From a virus, in the IMG/VR virus record IMGVR_UViG_3300024265_000031: a stretch of 64,000 nucleotides of DNA. The stretch is one strand, 5' to 3'. Below the pieces are notes generated by a model. The model was not told the DNA's origin, ran no database searches, and was given only the letters and a program-made list of their open reading frames with translations. Shown piece by piece: positions 19,981-30,687 of the stretch. Each line of letters starts with the position of its first letter. Within the stretch, counting starts at the first letter, position 1. The position numbers were made by a program, and so were the translations under genes.

Positions 19981-22043
19981 AGATAAAATGATGCTTTTAT
20001 TTAAGGTGCTATTCCAACGTTCCACTCATAGCCACCATCACAATAACCGTCATCAATATGGGGATTGCACCCACACTGTTCATATTCTTTGATAAATTTA
20101 TCATACTGATCTTGAAGCAACACCCTAATCATTTGATCAATGACCCACATTTTATGATGCCCTCCGTCAATTTGTGCGTATTGATATGCCACTTGGATTG
20201 CCTCGTCTATTTTGCTCATTTTTCTCCATATAAAAGATGTTTTTATTTAACTTCTTCGTAATTTATTTCAATCCATTCATTAGCCCAATGCTCTGCCTCT
20301 TTCCATTTTTCATCAGGAGACAACTCTTTCCATTCCTCTTCTGAATATCCTAAATCCTCCACGTCAAACACATCTATTTGGTCGTTCATAAATCCAATTC
20401 CTACCGTAAATTTTACTTTCATATTTCTCTCCAGATAAAATGGCGCTTTTATCTACTCACCTAAATCCCATTCTTCATACTCATCACAAACTGTATCTTC
20501 TTCTATTGAAAACTTTGATTCTTTCAACCTAATACAATAGTATTCCTCATGATCAAATTCTACAAGACAATGTGTGCAATAATTACAACATGGTACAGTT
20601 CTAAAATTAATTGATTCTTTGAATTTGGTTAATTCTTTATTATCCATAGTTTTCCTTACATAAAACAACGATTTTATCTAGTTTTGAATGCATCACAACA
20701 ATTATTTCCTTCCGTATAAAGAATTATTTCATCTCCCAATTTTGTGTATCCAATTTTTAAACATTTGTAATCTTCATCATAATATAGCATCTCGGAATAT
20801 TCACAATTTTGACAACATTTAGATTCACTAAAATTATTTTCTTTCTTGAATTGAGAAATTTTATTATCTATTTCAATTTGCCTTTTCTCTAATTCTATAT
20901 TCTTAGCAATAATTTTACATCTATCACATGATTTTGGTTCAATGTTCCTTGATCTTACTTGGGTTGTGCCACACTCAACACATTCAAAATAATATTTCTT
21001 TTTTGTTTTTGCTTTCTTATAGGACATAATTTTCTCCAAATAAAACCATCATTTTATTCTGGTTTAAGATCGCCTAATTTTTTTCCGCAAAATGGACAAT
21101 AACGCATCATCATACTGTCGTCATGTAATGATGGTCTAATAAAAAGATTGTAAACAGAATTGATTCCGAAATAATTTTTATAAATAGCAACACTTATTTC
21201 TTCACAGCAAGCATTTGCGGTTTCATGCCTTGTTACATCTTTTATTTTCATTTGTTTTGGACTAATTACTTTGTTCACAATAAAACCCTTTTTTCATCTT
21301 GAATTTTTAATTCTTTTATTTTCATTATTTTACGTTAATAAACAAGATATTTTCATTTGAAAAATAGTAATATAAGATTTATAAATATAGGTATAGGTTT
21401 GAATGTAACTAATACAAGATTTTGCTTCATAGTAATCTATTAAAAATATAATACATATAAGAAAAAAAATAGAAGTTGCCACCACAGAACGAAATATAAT
21501 CTTTTTGTGTATTTTATTCATATTTCTCAAGATGTTTTTTTAGTTTATCAACCATTTCTTTTTCAATAGGACTATTTTCTAAAGTAGGATCTTTATCGAC
21601 ATAATACCAGCCACTTTGCTCTAAATCTTTTTCAAAACAAATCCCAATTCTAAAATCATTGCTCACAAACTCAATCGCCAAGCTTCCATCATCACATTCA
21701 TAATAATCTAAAGAAACTTTACTCACAATAAAATCTCATTCCATCTCGTCATAAATTAAATATTCTTCATCACATGAAAAACATTTTTCTTTTGTCATCT
21801 TGTTTTCCAAATTGTCTTTAAAAATAACATTGCAACTATAGTAACACTTAGGACATTCCCATCTAAAAACAGTTTCGCTTTTAGCTTTTATCTTTTTCAA
21901 TAAATCTCCGTATATAAATTTTCATTATCATTTTCTAGTTTTTTAATTTCATTTTTTAATTCTTTATTTTCTTTTATAAGACAAGCGATTTTTTTATTCA
22001 AACTCTTTAATTTTTTCCCACACTTTTTACAACGTTTCATATA

Positions 22044-22072
22044 AGCATACCACACTTTACTCACAATGTCAA
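22044..22072 (-). promoter_or_regulatory. sigma70-type promoter
   Basis: TTGACA-17-TATGCT, TGTGG extension. Confidence 0.65.
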
Positions 22073-22857
22073 GCGATTCTGGATAATCCCCTTTTCTCTA
22101 AAATACTATTTTGTGCTTTCATAGTTTCTAAAGTTGCGAACTCTTTATAACGATCATAAATAGTTGGTAACAGCGTATTGAATTCTGATCGGCTACTTGA
22201 CATTGTGCTACCATCTTGCCTCCAAGTATACTCACAAGTAGCAACCCTCATATGATGAAAATCATGATCTCTTGATATTCGAATCCACAAATCCCAATCC
22301 TCATATGCCTTAAAATCTTCATCGAATAAACCAGCCTTTTCAAGACAGTCTTTTCTATGCATTACACACAATACTGGTGTTATATTTTGAATCAATAAAA
22401 GATCTTTAGAAAAATCTACATCATATGCCATGTGTCTACCAATTGTTGTATAAAATCCATTGGGCTGTATCGTTTGCATATTTTGAATAGCATTACTATA
22501 TATAACATGAATATCATTGGCTTCCATTTTCTCTACAAGCAATCTAACATGTTCTGGGAAATACCAATCATCATCATCCAAATAGCAAATATATTTTCCC
22601 GAAGAATTTTTAATTCCTGTGTTTCTAGCCGCACCAAGTCCTTTATTTTTTTCATGGTTAAAGTATTTGATTCTACAATCATTCAATGTATCTACTACAA
22701 TTTGAGCATCTTCACCGTAATCATTTATTACAATAATTTCTAAATTTTTATAGGTTTGATTTAAAACACTTTCAATCGTTTTAGATAACATATTTAAACG
22801 ATTGAACGTTGGAACAACTATACTAACTAAAGGTGCTTCATTCATTATCTTTTTCAC
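22069..22857 (-). CDS. Glycosyltransferase family 2
   Basis: VSIVVPTFNR, IIVIND, GAARNTG, YLDDDD, EDWDLW. Confidence 0.92.
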   Translation of the reverse strand: MKKIMNEAPLVSIVVPTFNRLNMLSKTIESVLNQTYKNLEIIVINDYGEDAQIVVDTLNDCRIKYFNHEKNKGLGAARNTGIKNSSGKYICYLDDDDWYFPEHVRLLVEKMEANDIHVIYSNAIQNMQTIQPNGFYTTIGRHMAYDVDFSKDLLLIQNITPVLCVMHRKDCLEKAGLFDEDFKAYEDWDLWIRISRDHDFHHMRVATCEYTWRQDGSTMSSSRSEFNTLLPTIYDRYKEFATLETMKAQNSILEKRGLSRIA

Positions 22858-23620
22858 TAAATTCCATTATGGGAAATCTATTCTCTATTTTTGTAGATAT
22901 TGCCAAATAATTTGAGTGTAGATAATTTTCCATTTCATCTATCCATTCCGACATATGTAAAAGCCCACTAGGAACTATCCTAAACAACGCATAATTATTT
23001 TTTAATAAACCAACAGTTTCTTTTAGTGTAGTTCTTGCATCTATAAAGCAACCACCATATTCAAACTGGATATAATCAATGGTCTGCTTTTCCATCATTT
23101 CTTTAGCTCCATCGATTACACGAAACTCAGCGCCCTCTACATCTATTTTTAGATAGTCAATATGCTTTATTTTTCTTTCTTTACAAAAATAATCAATTGT
23201 AATTCCATCAACATATATTATTTCTTTTTCAATACTGTTAGCTGCTTCAACATTGGGTCTACCAAAAAGATTACTCATTTCTGCAAGCTGCGGGTTATTT
23301 TTATACCAGTAAAAAGCAGTTTTACCACATTCATTTCCAATGATGTTATTTAATACTTCAACATTATTTCGTAGTGCAAAGAGTTGATAAGCTGCCAAGA
23401 ATGCGTCTGGAACTGGCTCAAAACAGTAAATAAACTTTGGAACCATAATACATAATGCAATCTGTGTCCATCTACCAGAGCTTGCTCCAACATCAAATAT
23501 AACACTGTCTCTTTGTAAAAATCCATGAAGAACATGATATTCACCATTGCTATATATATTGTCGTCTCCTATGCCTAGCCCCTTCGTTTGTTCTGTATAC
23601 GGATAAACCTGGTATTCCAT
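22838..23620 (-). CDS. FkbM family methyltransferase
   Basis: FDVGASSG, FEP, LKIDVEGAE. Confidence 0.9.
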   Translation of the reverse strand: MEYQVYPYTEQTKGLGIGDDNIYSNGEYHVLHGFLQRDSVIFDVGASSGRWTQIALCIMVPKFIYCFEPVPDAFLAAYQLFALRNNVEVLNNIIGNECGKTAFYWYKNNPQLAEMSNLFGRPNVEAANSIEKEIIYVDGITIDYFCKERKIKHIDYLKIDVEGAEFRVIDGAKEMMEKQTIDYIQFEYGGCFIDARTTLKETVGLLKNNYALFRIVPSGLLHMSEWIDEMENYLHSNYLAISTKIENRFPIMEFSEKDNE

Positions 23621-23627
23621 TATTTTT

Positions 23628-24416
23628 TTACTCCTTTATTATTATGTTTAAATTATGCTTTTTACCCTCAAGCAAATCACGATAGCGCTCTATTATAATT
23701 TTTACATTTTTTGTTGTAGATGCCACCCAAATATCATGGCTTACTGGATTGTTTCTAGTTTTACCCCATGAGGCAGGAGAATCATAATTGATTACATATG
23801 CGCCCACTAGCCAACCTTTCTTTTTATAAGCCCTAAATCCTATGTCCTTATCATCACAGTCGATAGGAGCAAACTCTTCATCAAGATAATCCAATGTCTC
23901 TAGTTTTTGATGGTCAAACAATATTGGTGTTCTTACTATGATATCCCTTATTCCCAATGTGTTTCTAGGGCTATCAACATCTTTTCCAAACACATCAAAA
24001 CAATGAATTGTTTCATCAACTATTTTTTCATTCTGTGCATTTCTTCCAGTAACACCTAAAAGATCGGACACTTGTAAAAATGGTTTTAACATTCTTTTAT
24101 CAAAATCTTTTTCTAAAATTTGACAATCATCTTGCACTGTCATAATGTATGGATAAGAGGCTGCCCTAAATGTTAAATTATTGGCAATAACTTCATTTAC
24201 ATTGCCAGCATATAAAAATTTTGTTGGTATTTTACATGTGTTACCAACAATCCCTTTTACTATCTCTTCTGTTGTATCTATACATCCATCAAAAAGAATA
24301 ATAAGTTCTTTTACATTAGCAGACATATTTTGAATAATGCCATTCATTACCCTTGCAGCCAATCGCTCCTGATTGTACATAGATATACAAAGTGAAATTG
24401 AAAAATCTTTATTTAT
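23628..24416 (-). CDS. Glycosyltransferase family 2 (paralog of next gene); probable ATA start
   Basis: FDGCID, QDD motifs; homology to the paralog extends upstream of the ATG at 24380. Confidence 0.75.
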   Translation of the reverse strand: MNKDFSISLCISMYNQERLAARVMNGIIQNMSANVKELIILFDGCIDTTEEIVKGIVGNTCKIPTKFLYAGNVNEVIANNLTFRAASYPYIMTVQDDCQILEKDFDKRMLKPFLQVSDLLGVTGRNAQNEKIVDETIHCFDVFGKDVDSPRNTLGIRDIIVRTPILFDHQKLETLDYLDEEFAPIDCDDKDIGFRAYKKKGWLVGAYVINYDSPASWGKTRNNPVSHDIWVASTTKNVKIIIERYRDLLEGKKHNLNIIIKE

Positions 24417-25204
24417 AAAGACTCCTTGATTATAATGTCTTGTGTATGTTTTTCCCCATTAATTAAATCTGCATGTCTTTCTATAATCATTTTTATATTT
24501 TTTATTCTAGATTTGTCCCAGATTGCATTTCGTATTGGCCTAGACTGTCTTGTTTTGCCCCACAACAAAGGAGAATCGTAACCAACCATAAACGCCCCAA
24601 CTATCCATCCATGTTCCCTATGAGCCCTAAAACTAATATCATGGTCATCGCCATATGTTGGCGCAAATTCTTCGTCAAGATAATTCATTGCTTCCAGTTT
24701 CTGATGGTCATACATAATAGGGCCCCTTATTATAATTTCGCGAACTCCTAAAATATCTCTAGGACTATCAACATCATGCCCAAAAAGATTATAAAAACTC
24801 AATTCACCATTTTCAATACGTTGATCTTGAGCGTTTCTAGCACTTACTCCTAAAAGATTTTCAACTTTAAAAAAGGGAAGCATTATTCTCTTATCAAAAT
24901 CTTTTTCCAACAATAACATATCGTCTTGAATAGTTAATATGTATGGACATGTTGCATTCTTAAATGTTAAATTATTAGCCTTAACTTCCCAAATATCATC
25001 TGCATAAATATATTGTGTTGGAACTTTACAACCATTCATTATGCTTTTCACAATGGTATCAGATCCATCATCACATCCATCAAAAACAAATATAATTTCT
25101 TTTACATTTTTGGATATATTTTTTATAATGCCATTAACTATACTTGTTATTATTGGTGCTTGATTATGTATAGACATACAAACCGAAACTGAACAATCTT
25201 TCAT
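24413..25204 (-). CDS. Glycosyltransferase family 2
   Basis: FDGCDD, TIQDD, DDHD. Confidence 0.8.
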   Translation of the reverse strand: MKDCSVSVCMSIHNQAPIITSIVNGIIKNISKNVKEIIFVFDGCDDGSDTIVKSIMNGCKVPTQYIYADDIWEVKANNLTFKNATCPYILTIQDDMLLLEKDFDKRIMLPFFKVENLLGVSARNAQDQRIENGELSFYNLFGHDVDSPRDILGVREIIIRGPIMYDHQKLEAMNYLDEEFAPTYGDDHDISFRAHREHGWIVGAFMVGYDSPLLWGKTRQSRPIRNAIWDKSRIKNIKMIIERHADLINGEKHTQDIIIKESL

Positions 25205-25851
25205 TTATCTTTCCAATAAATATTGTTTACAAAATCACTATAAATCCTTTCATAGTTATTTCTTGCAAAGTATTTATTTATTTCGTTTGCAAATCTTCCC
25301 AATGGTTTAATAGGGTGATTTTCATGAGCCTCAATAATAACCATTTTTGGTTTCCACAAACCAATATTGAATTGTTGCATAATTGCAAGTTCTGTACCTT
25401 CTGTATCTATGGATAATAAATCAAATCCAAAAGGCACGTTGATGCATTGCTCAAGCAAATCATTTAAAGGTAAACTATCCATTTCAGTATATTGTATATA
25501 TTGATTAATCCAATCACATTCCTTATAATATCTAATTTGTTCTGCTGAGGTGGTTGAAAGAGTTGCATTCATTGAAATCATGACTATACCCCTCTCCCCA
25601 ATGGCTGCTCTTATGCATGTTACTTGATGTTTTTTATCTTTATATGTTTTAAGTAATTCCTTAAAATTGAGTGGGTTTGGCTCAACACATATGCCCGACC
25701 ACCCCACATCTACCAATCCTGAAACATTGCTAAAATCGTATCCATTATAGGCACCAATCTCAACAAAAAATCCATCTGTTTTATTATCAAAATATTTTTC
25801 ATATATTTCTGCCAGCCCTTTTATATCGCAATTATCAGCTATTTTATACAT
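25201..25851 (-). CDS. FkbM family methyltransferase
   Basis: FVEIGAYNG, VEPNP, LSIDTEGTE. Confidence 0.88.
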   Translation of the reverse strand: MYKIADNCDIKGLAEIYEKYFDNKTDGFFVEIGAYNGYDFSNVSGLVDVGWSGICVEPNPLNFKELLKTYKDKKHQVTCIRAAIGERGIVMISMNATLSTTSAEQIRYYKECDWINQYIQYTEMDSLPLNDLLEQCINVPFGFDLLSIDTEGTELAIMQQFNIGLWKPKMVIIEAHENHPIKPLGRFANEINKYFARNNYERIYSDFVNNIYWKDK

Positions 25852-25852
25852 T

Positions 25853-26572
25853 TTATTCTCCTCGTTCTATAAGATGAATTCCGTCCCGTTCATGCACAAT
25901 ATGAAATGGATATAGGTAATACGGTAGGTTATATTTTTCTCTGAGTATTGAGAATATACTTTGCTCATGTCTATGATCATCAAATCTAGGCAAATTTTCC
26001 ATTTCGTTTTTAATCATTGTATCATAATCTACAGCAAAATTTACCCATTCTTGTACAAAATTTATTGTAAAATCTGTTCTATAAAACACCATAATGTTTA
26101 CTTGCATCTGGGGGGCATCCCAATACCTTGACTCATCACAGTTCATTTTAACAAACATATCTTTATGGGTAAAATTTTTATTATAATATACAATATTATG
26201 ATGTTCATGACAAAATATGTTGTTGGTGGTGGCAATATCTATTAGTGATCTGGGATTAGCCATAATAACATGATTAGAGTCGCACCACATAAGCACATCT
26301 TTATCTTCTATCTTGTTTAAAGCATCTTGAATAACTATAGGTTTAAAGCACCAACCATAGCTATCTTCTTTTAATACCCAAGGATTATTTTTGCAATATG
26401 AAGAGTTTTCAAACCAGTCATTATCATAATAAAAGCAATCATCAAAGTAAGGCTTGGCAGATTCAAAAAGCCTATGAACTTCTGACGTATAATCTCGATG
26501 AATTCCATATGATTCGTTATGGCGATTTTTTCCACGTTCCAAGCCTCCAAAAGATACAATATATTTTTTCAT
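25853..26572 (-). CDS. Putative glycosyltransferase-fold protein
   Basis: W.FKP, MWCDS, HRHEQSIFS; operon context. Confidence 0.5.
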   Translation of the reverse strand: MKKYIVSFGGLERGKNRHNESYGIHRDYTSEVHRLFESAKPYFDDCFYYDNDWFENSSYCKNNPWVLKEDSYGWCFKPIVIQDALNKIEDKDVLMWCDSNHVIMANPRSLIDIATTNNIFCHEHHNIVYYNKNFTHKDMFVKMNCDESRYWDAPQMQVNIMVFYRTDFTINFVQEWVNFAVDYDTMIKNEMENLPRFDDHRHEQSIFSILREKYNLPYYLYPFHIVHERDGIHLIERGE

Positions 26573-27231
26573 ATCAATTCTGCTAAATAATTATGTATTT
26601 CTTCGTCTTGAACCCCCCACCCCTTGGGCAAAATGTCCAAAGATCCATTATAAACCCTATAGCCCCTTGATTGCAACCATAATACAATATCTCCCGCCGT
26701 ATAACCACTATATTTATTGCAATCACCAGATTCAAATTGAATATATTTTATTTGTTTACTATTTATCATAGTCTGAGCACTTTTTAATACTGACATTTCA
26801 CTGCCTTCAGTGTCTATTTTAAGATAGGTAATTTTATTAGGCAATGCAACCAAATCCAAAGCAACAAAATCAACAATAACTTCAGCCATAACACGCGGCT
26901 TTTTAAAAAAATCTTCACGATAATAAAGACTAGAACATCCTGTTTCTGGTTTCATTTGATAAAAAAGTTTTTTAGTCAAGAATGCATTTATTATACCCAA
27001 ATTAAACAATTGCACTCTTTCATCTTCTTTATATTTCTCTAACCCTATATTATATGCATCTCTATTTGGCTCAAATCCAAAAACTTTTGATTTTACAAAC
27101 CTATCTAAAAATTCTTGGGTAAACACTCCAACATTAAATCCTACATCAATCAATATGGCATCTTGGTTTTCAGGAATTTTTCTCCTAACATGATCAAGAT
27201 AAAGACCTTCTTCTGGCATAATACTACTCAT
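26569..27231 (-). CDS. FkbM family methyltransferase
   Basis: IDVGFNVG, FEPN, LKIDTEGSE. Confidence 0.88.
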   Translation of the reverse strand: MSSIMPEEGLYLDHVRRKIPENQDAILIDVGFNVGVFTQEFLDRFVKSKVFGFEPNRDAYNIGLEKYKEDERVQLFNLGIINAFLTKKLFYQMKPETGCSSLYYREDFFKKPRVMAEVIVDFVALDLVALPNKITYLKIDTEGSEMSVLKSAQTMINSKQIKYIQFESGDCNKYSGYTAGDIVLWLQSRGYRVYNGSLDILPKGWGVQDEEIHNYLAELI

Positions 27232-27233
27232 AG

Positions 27234-28028
27234 TTATTCCATCTCTCTTAAAAATTTCTCTTGTTGTTGTGGGTTCATAGACATAAAATTATGTGGATAA
27301 TTGAGCAACATATCTTTTGCATTTTGTTGCCACTGATAAGGAAATAAGTTTGGTAATTGCGAAATAATGTATGATCTATATACTACTTCTAATTTTTTTC
27401 TGCGTTCAGATTGAAAGGACGAATCCTCTCTTACTCTATAATAAAAAAGATCTGATGCAATATGTTTGCCATACCAACCCTTTGCCCCAAGTCTCAAATA
27501 TAATTGGTAGTCTTCTAGGTAGCAGAAATTATTCAAATCATATCCACCAATATCCACATATGCTGCTTTTCTAAATAGCGAACAGTAACTTATAAAATTA
27601 CTTTGTATGAGTTGAAAAAGAGAATATTCTAGAGAAGGCGTTCTGTTAAATAACTGTTGTGCAAAATACACTGTATCAACATAAGCGAATCCAACATTTG
27701 GGCATTTTTCTAATGTTATTAATGTCGTATCTAAAAACACTGATTGAATTTTATCATCTGGATCAAGAGGCATATAAAAATCATTATTTGATTTCATTAT
27801 TCCTAAATGTCTAGCTTTTGTGGCTCCAATATTGTTTGTTCTTATTACATCTATAGAATAATCAGAATATTTTTCACATACTTCCTTTATTGGTTTATTT
27901 AAGTCATTATTAGAACTATCGTTAATTATTATTATATCCCAGTATTTAAATGTTTGATCAATAACGCTTTTAATTGCTTCTTCTAAATAATCTGCTTTAT
28001 TATAGCAAGGAATAATTACACTAATCAT
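27234..28028 (-). CDS. Glycosyltransferase family 2
   Basis: ISVIIPCYN, INDSS, LDPDD, LEDY. Confidence 0.9.
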   Translation of the reverse strand: MISVIIPCYNKADYLEEAIKSVIDQTFKYWDIIIINDSSNNDLNKPIKEVCEKYSDYSIDVIRTNNIGATKARHLGIMKSNNDFYMPLDPDDKIQSVFLDTTLITLEKCPNVGFAYVDTVYFAQQLFNRTPSLEYSLFQLIQSNFISYCSLFRKAAYVDIGGYDLNNFCYLEDYQLYLRLGAKGWYGKHIASDLFYYRVREDSSFQSERRKKLEVVYRSYIISQLPNLFPYQWQQNAKDMLLNYPHNFMSMNPQQQEKFLREME

Positions 28029-28876
28029 ACTAAATCTACTTCCATATGTACAGAATTGGATATGAGTCCATCAAATTTTTTAGGATCAATTCTAATACCA
28101 TTATTATAAAACCATAAAAGATTTCTTGCAGAATGGTTTACTTTATTTCCAGATCTGTTGTCTGGAGCAACATCCTGCACCTTATTACATGGATTACAAA
28201 AGGCTACAGACTGTTCATAGCAAGATAAAGTTGGCATTTTATTTAAAAATGTATTCTTGTCCGAATCCATATATACATTGGCTATACTATTCATTAAAGA
28301 TTCTAGCTCATTAGGATTTTTAAAATCATACATTTTTAATGGCTCAATGAAATTTTTCACTCTATATACAGAACTAGATACCTCTGCAGGATATCCAAAA
28401 TCTCCATCTGCATTTGTCCAATTATATCCTAACATACTACTAGTAACTTCTGCTACAAATGGAGTATCTTGTATTCTATCAAGAGTATAACAATAATTTG
28501 TATTCTTTCCTAACCTTAAAGAAAATCCAACTGTGTTCTTGCGACTATCTAAAACATGAACAATCTTTTTTAAACTAAAATCATGAGTAAAAATACAATC
28601 ATCCACCAGAAATAAAACGTGCGTTTTATCTTTGAGAAGATTCAACACATCTTGTTTGAAATTAATTTCTTTAACTAAATGTGTATAATCTCCCCATTCA
28701 ATGTCTAATTGACTATATGCGTCTTGATATTCTGGATCGCAAGTATAAATAGTTGTTATATCCATCTCTTTCCAAAAATTATATGAAGAAACATCTGAAT
28801 GGCGATGAAAAGATGATAAACAAAGGTCAAGTTGCAAGGGGCGATTGCGACTGAATACAATAACTGCCATGTTCAT
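28025..28876 (-). CDS. Putative GT-A fold glycosyltransferase
   Basis: FSRNRPLQL, FLVDD; operon context. Confidence 0.55.
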   Translation of the reverse strand: MNMAVIVFSRNRPLQLDLCLSSFHRHSDVSSYNFWKEMDITTIYTCDPEYQDAYSQLDIEWGDYTHLVKEINFKQDVLNLLKDKTHVLFLVDDCIFTHDFSLKKIVHVLDSRKNTVGFSLRLGKNTNYCYTLDRIQDTPFVAEVTSSMLGYNWTNADGDFGYPAEVSSSVYRVKNFIEPLKMYDFKNPNELESLMNSIANVYMDSDKNTFLNKMPTLSCYEQSVAFCNPCNKVQDVAPDNRSGNKVNHSARNLLWFYNNGIRIDPKKFDGLISNSVHMEVDLV

Positions 28877-29571
28877 ATAGTATATCCTGATTTTTGTGCA
28901 GCATCATAAAACATTTTGACTGTTTCTAAAGAAAAATCATTCAAGTTTTTTCCTAACAATGGAATTTTATCTATCAGGGATTTTGGCATTGTTATAATAT
29001 GACAATTGCTTTTATCTGCCAATACTACATCATATACTTGTCTTGGAGAAGCCCACAATAATTGCTGGTTTTCATATTTGGAACGCATCCATGCAGCCAT
29101 ATCAGCCATAATAGGAAAGGGGGCTACTCCTGCATCTGCTATTCTACCAGCAAACACAGAAACAATTCCTTTGTTTTCTCCAATAGCTAACATAGCATCT
29201 TTGGCTTGAGGTGTAGTAAAAACAGCAGTGACATTTACTTTGATTTTTTGAAGACATAAATGATTGATCTTACCAACTGTAAATTCGCCTCTTGTATTGG
29301 TTATAGGAATTTTTACATATACGTTTTTTCCCCAAGATGCTATTTCTTTTGCTTGTTCTTCCATCTCATCTAAATTATCAGAGAAAACTTCAAATGAAAT
29401 TGACTTTTTTACAATATGTCTCAGTGCACTTTGAGCAAATTGTTTATAATCTGTAATGCCAGCTTTTGCCAATATGGAGGGATTTGTAGTAAACCCTGAC
29501 ACAATTGGATTTTCATTCAACTCAATCATTTCTTTCAAATCAGCCCCATCAGCAAAAATTTTAGCTCTCAT
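28873..29571 (-). CDS. tal: Transaldolase (short Fsa/TalC type)
   Basis: FADGAD, GFTTNPS, YVKIP, NVTAVF, SVFAGR, LLWASPR. Confidence 0.9.
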   Translation of the reverse strand: MRAKIFADGADLKEMIELNENPIVSGFTTNPSILAKAGITDYKQFAQSALRHIVKKSISFEVFSDNLDEMEEQAKEIASWGKNVYVKIPITNTRGEFTVGKINHLCLQKIKVNVTAVFTTPQAKDAMLAIGENKGIVSVFAGRIADAGVAPFPIMADMAAWMRSKYENQQLLWASPRQVYDVVLADKSNCHIITMPKSLIDKIPLLGKNLNDFSLETVKMFYDAAQKSGYTI

Positions 29572-30104
29572 TTATACTCCTTCATTATCAATGGAAAAAT
29601 TTCTTTCACACTTGAAACTGTATGTGTTTGTTTTGAAGGTCGTAATTCATCTCCATATTGATAGTCTATAAATATTGTTTGGCATCTTGCTCTGTATCCG
29701 GCTTCAATATCTTTCCATCTATCACCAACCATCCAAGATTGACGCAAACTTATATTAAATATTTCTGCGGCCAAAAAAAGAAATCCAGGCATTGGCTTTC
29801 TACAATTACAAAGATCATCATCGTCATGTGGGCATACAAAAATTGATCTTATATATGGCGACCAACTAGCAATTTTGGCATTGAGTTTACCTGCTTCATC
29901 TTGGGTAATTTTACCTCTTGCAATATCTGGCTGATTGGTTATGCCAATTATAGTAAAATCATCTTTCCATAAGTCAGTTATGACAGACAATATTCCATCA
30001 ACTGGAACAGCTTCTTCAATAGTTAGTGGAGAGGCTGGTAATCCATCTTTCACAATTGCCTTATTAATAATGCCATCCCTATCTAAAAATACAGCCTTAT
30101 TCAT
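29568..30104 (-). CDS. gmhB: D-glycero-D-manno-heptose 1,7-bisphosphate phosphatase (HAD)
   Basis: Start re-assigned to 30104: MNKAVFLDRDG, TNQ, CPH...CNCRKP, MVGD. Confidence 0.88.
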   Translation of the reverse strand: MNKAVFLDRDGIINKAIVKDGLPASPLTIEEAVPVDGILSVITDLWKDDFTIIGITNQPDIARGKITQDEAGKLNAKIASWSPYIRSIFVCPHDDDDLCNCRKPMPGFLFLAAEIFNISLRQSWMVGDRWKDIEAGYRARCQTIFIDYQYGDELRPSKQTHTVSSVKEIFPLIMKEYK

Positions 30105-30687
30105 CCATTGACTCCCATTTAGTTTGTGATCTTTGTAATTTGGGATGGGATACAAGTAAGTGAAGAACAACAGATTGAAAAGCTTCTGTATGAGGAGTAA
30201 TCCTATCCTCATGAACAATAGAAACAACAACGCATGCCTGAGCATTTTGTTTAGTGTAGCCACCGTCTCTACCAACAACACCCAGAACTCTAGCCCCCAC
30301 TGTTGTAGCACAATCTATTGCCTTGACCAAGTTAGAACTTATTCCAGTCGCCCCACCTCCAACAGAAAAAATAAGAATTGCATCGTTTGAATTGATTTTA
30401 CTTGTTCTTAGCCATGATGAAAACACACACTCAAACCCACTATCATTCGTTCTTGCGGTTAATTCTGCCACATTGTCTGTAGGAGCATACGACTCTATAC
30501 CACAAATTTTTCTAAAATCATTTACAGCATGGCTAGAAATTGAAGAGCCACCACCATTCCCAAGAATAAACAACCTGCCTTTCGCCTTGCGCACATGATA
30601 CAAAATTTCAACCATAGATTCTATTTCTTCATGATCAAAATTATTAATAATAAACCTTGATTCTTCTAAATATTTTCTAGCAAACAT
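30097..30687 (-). CDS. gmhA: Phosphoheptose isomerase (SIS domain)
   Basis: GNGGGS, ELTARTND, operon context. Confidence 0.8.
   Translation of the reverse strand: MFARKYLEESRFIINNFDHEEIESMVEILYHVRKAKGRLFILGNGGGSSISSHAVNDFRKICGIESYAPTDNVAELTARTNDSGFECVFSSWLRTSKINSNDAILIFSVGGGATGISSNLVKAIDCATTVGARVLGVVGRDGGYTKQNAQACVVVSIVHEDRITPHTEAFQSVVLHLLVSHPKLQRSQTKWESMDE

Larger units (their letters stand above)
16683..21726 (-). other. Array of small hypothetical ORFs separated by the palindrome
   Basis: Many 60-125 aa ORFs, junctions marked by the repeat. Confidence 0.75.

Noticed and set aside
29568-30311. Long N-terminal extensions in ORF-track calls (gmhB, MKIR genes, many small ORFs)
   Set aside because: They overlap upstream genes or the palindrome; internal ATGs with proper RBS fit better
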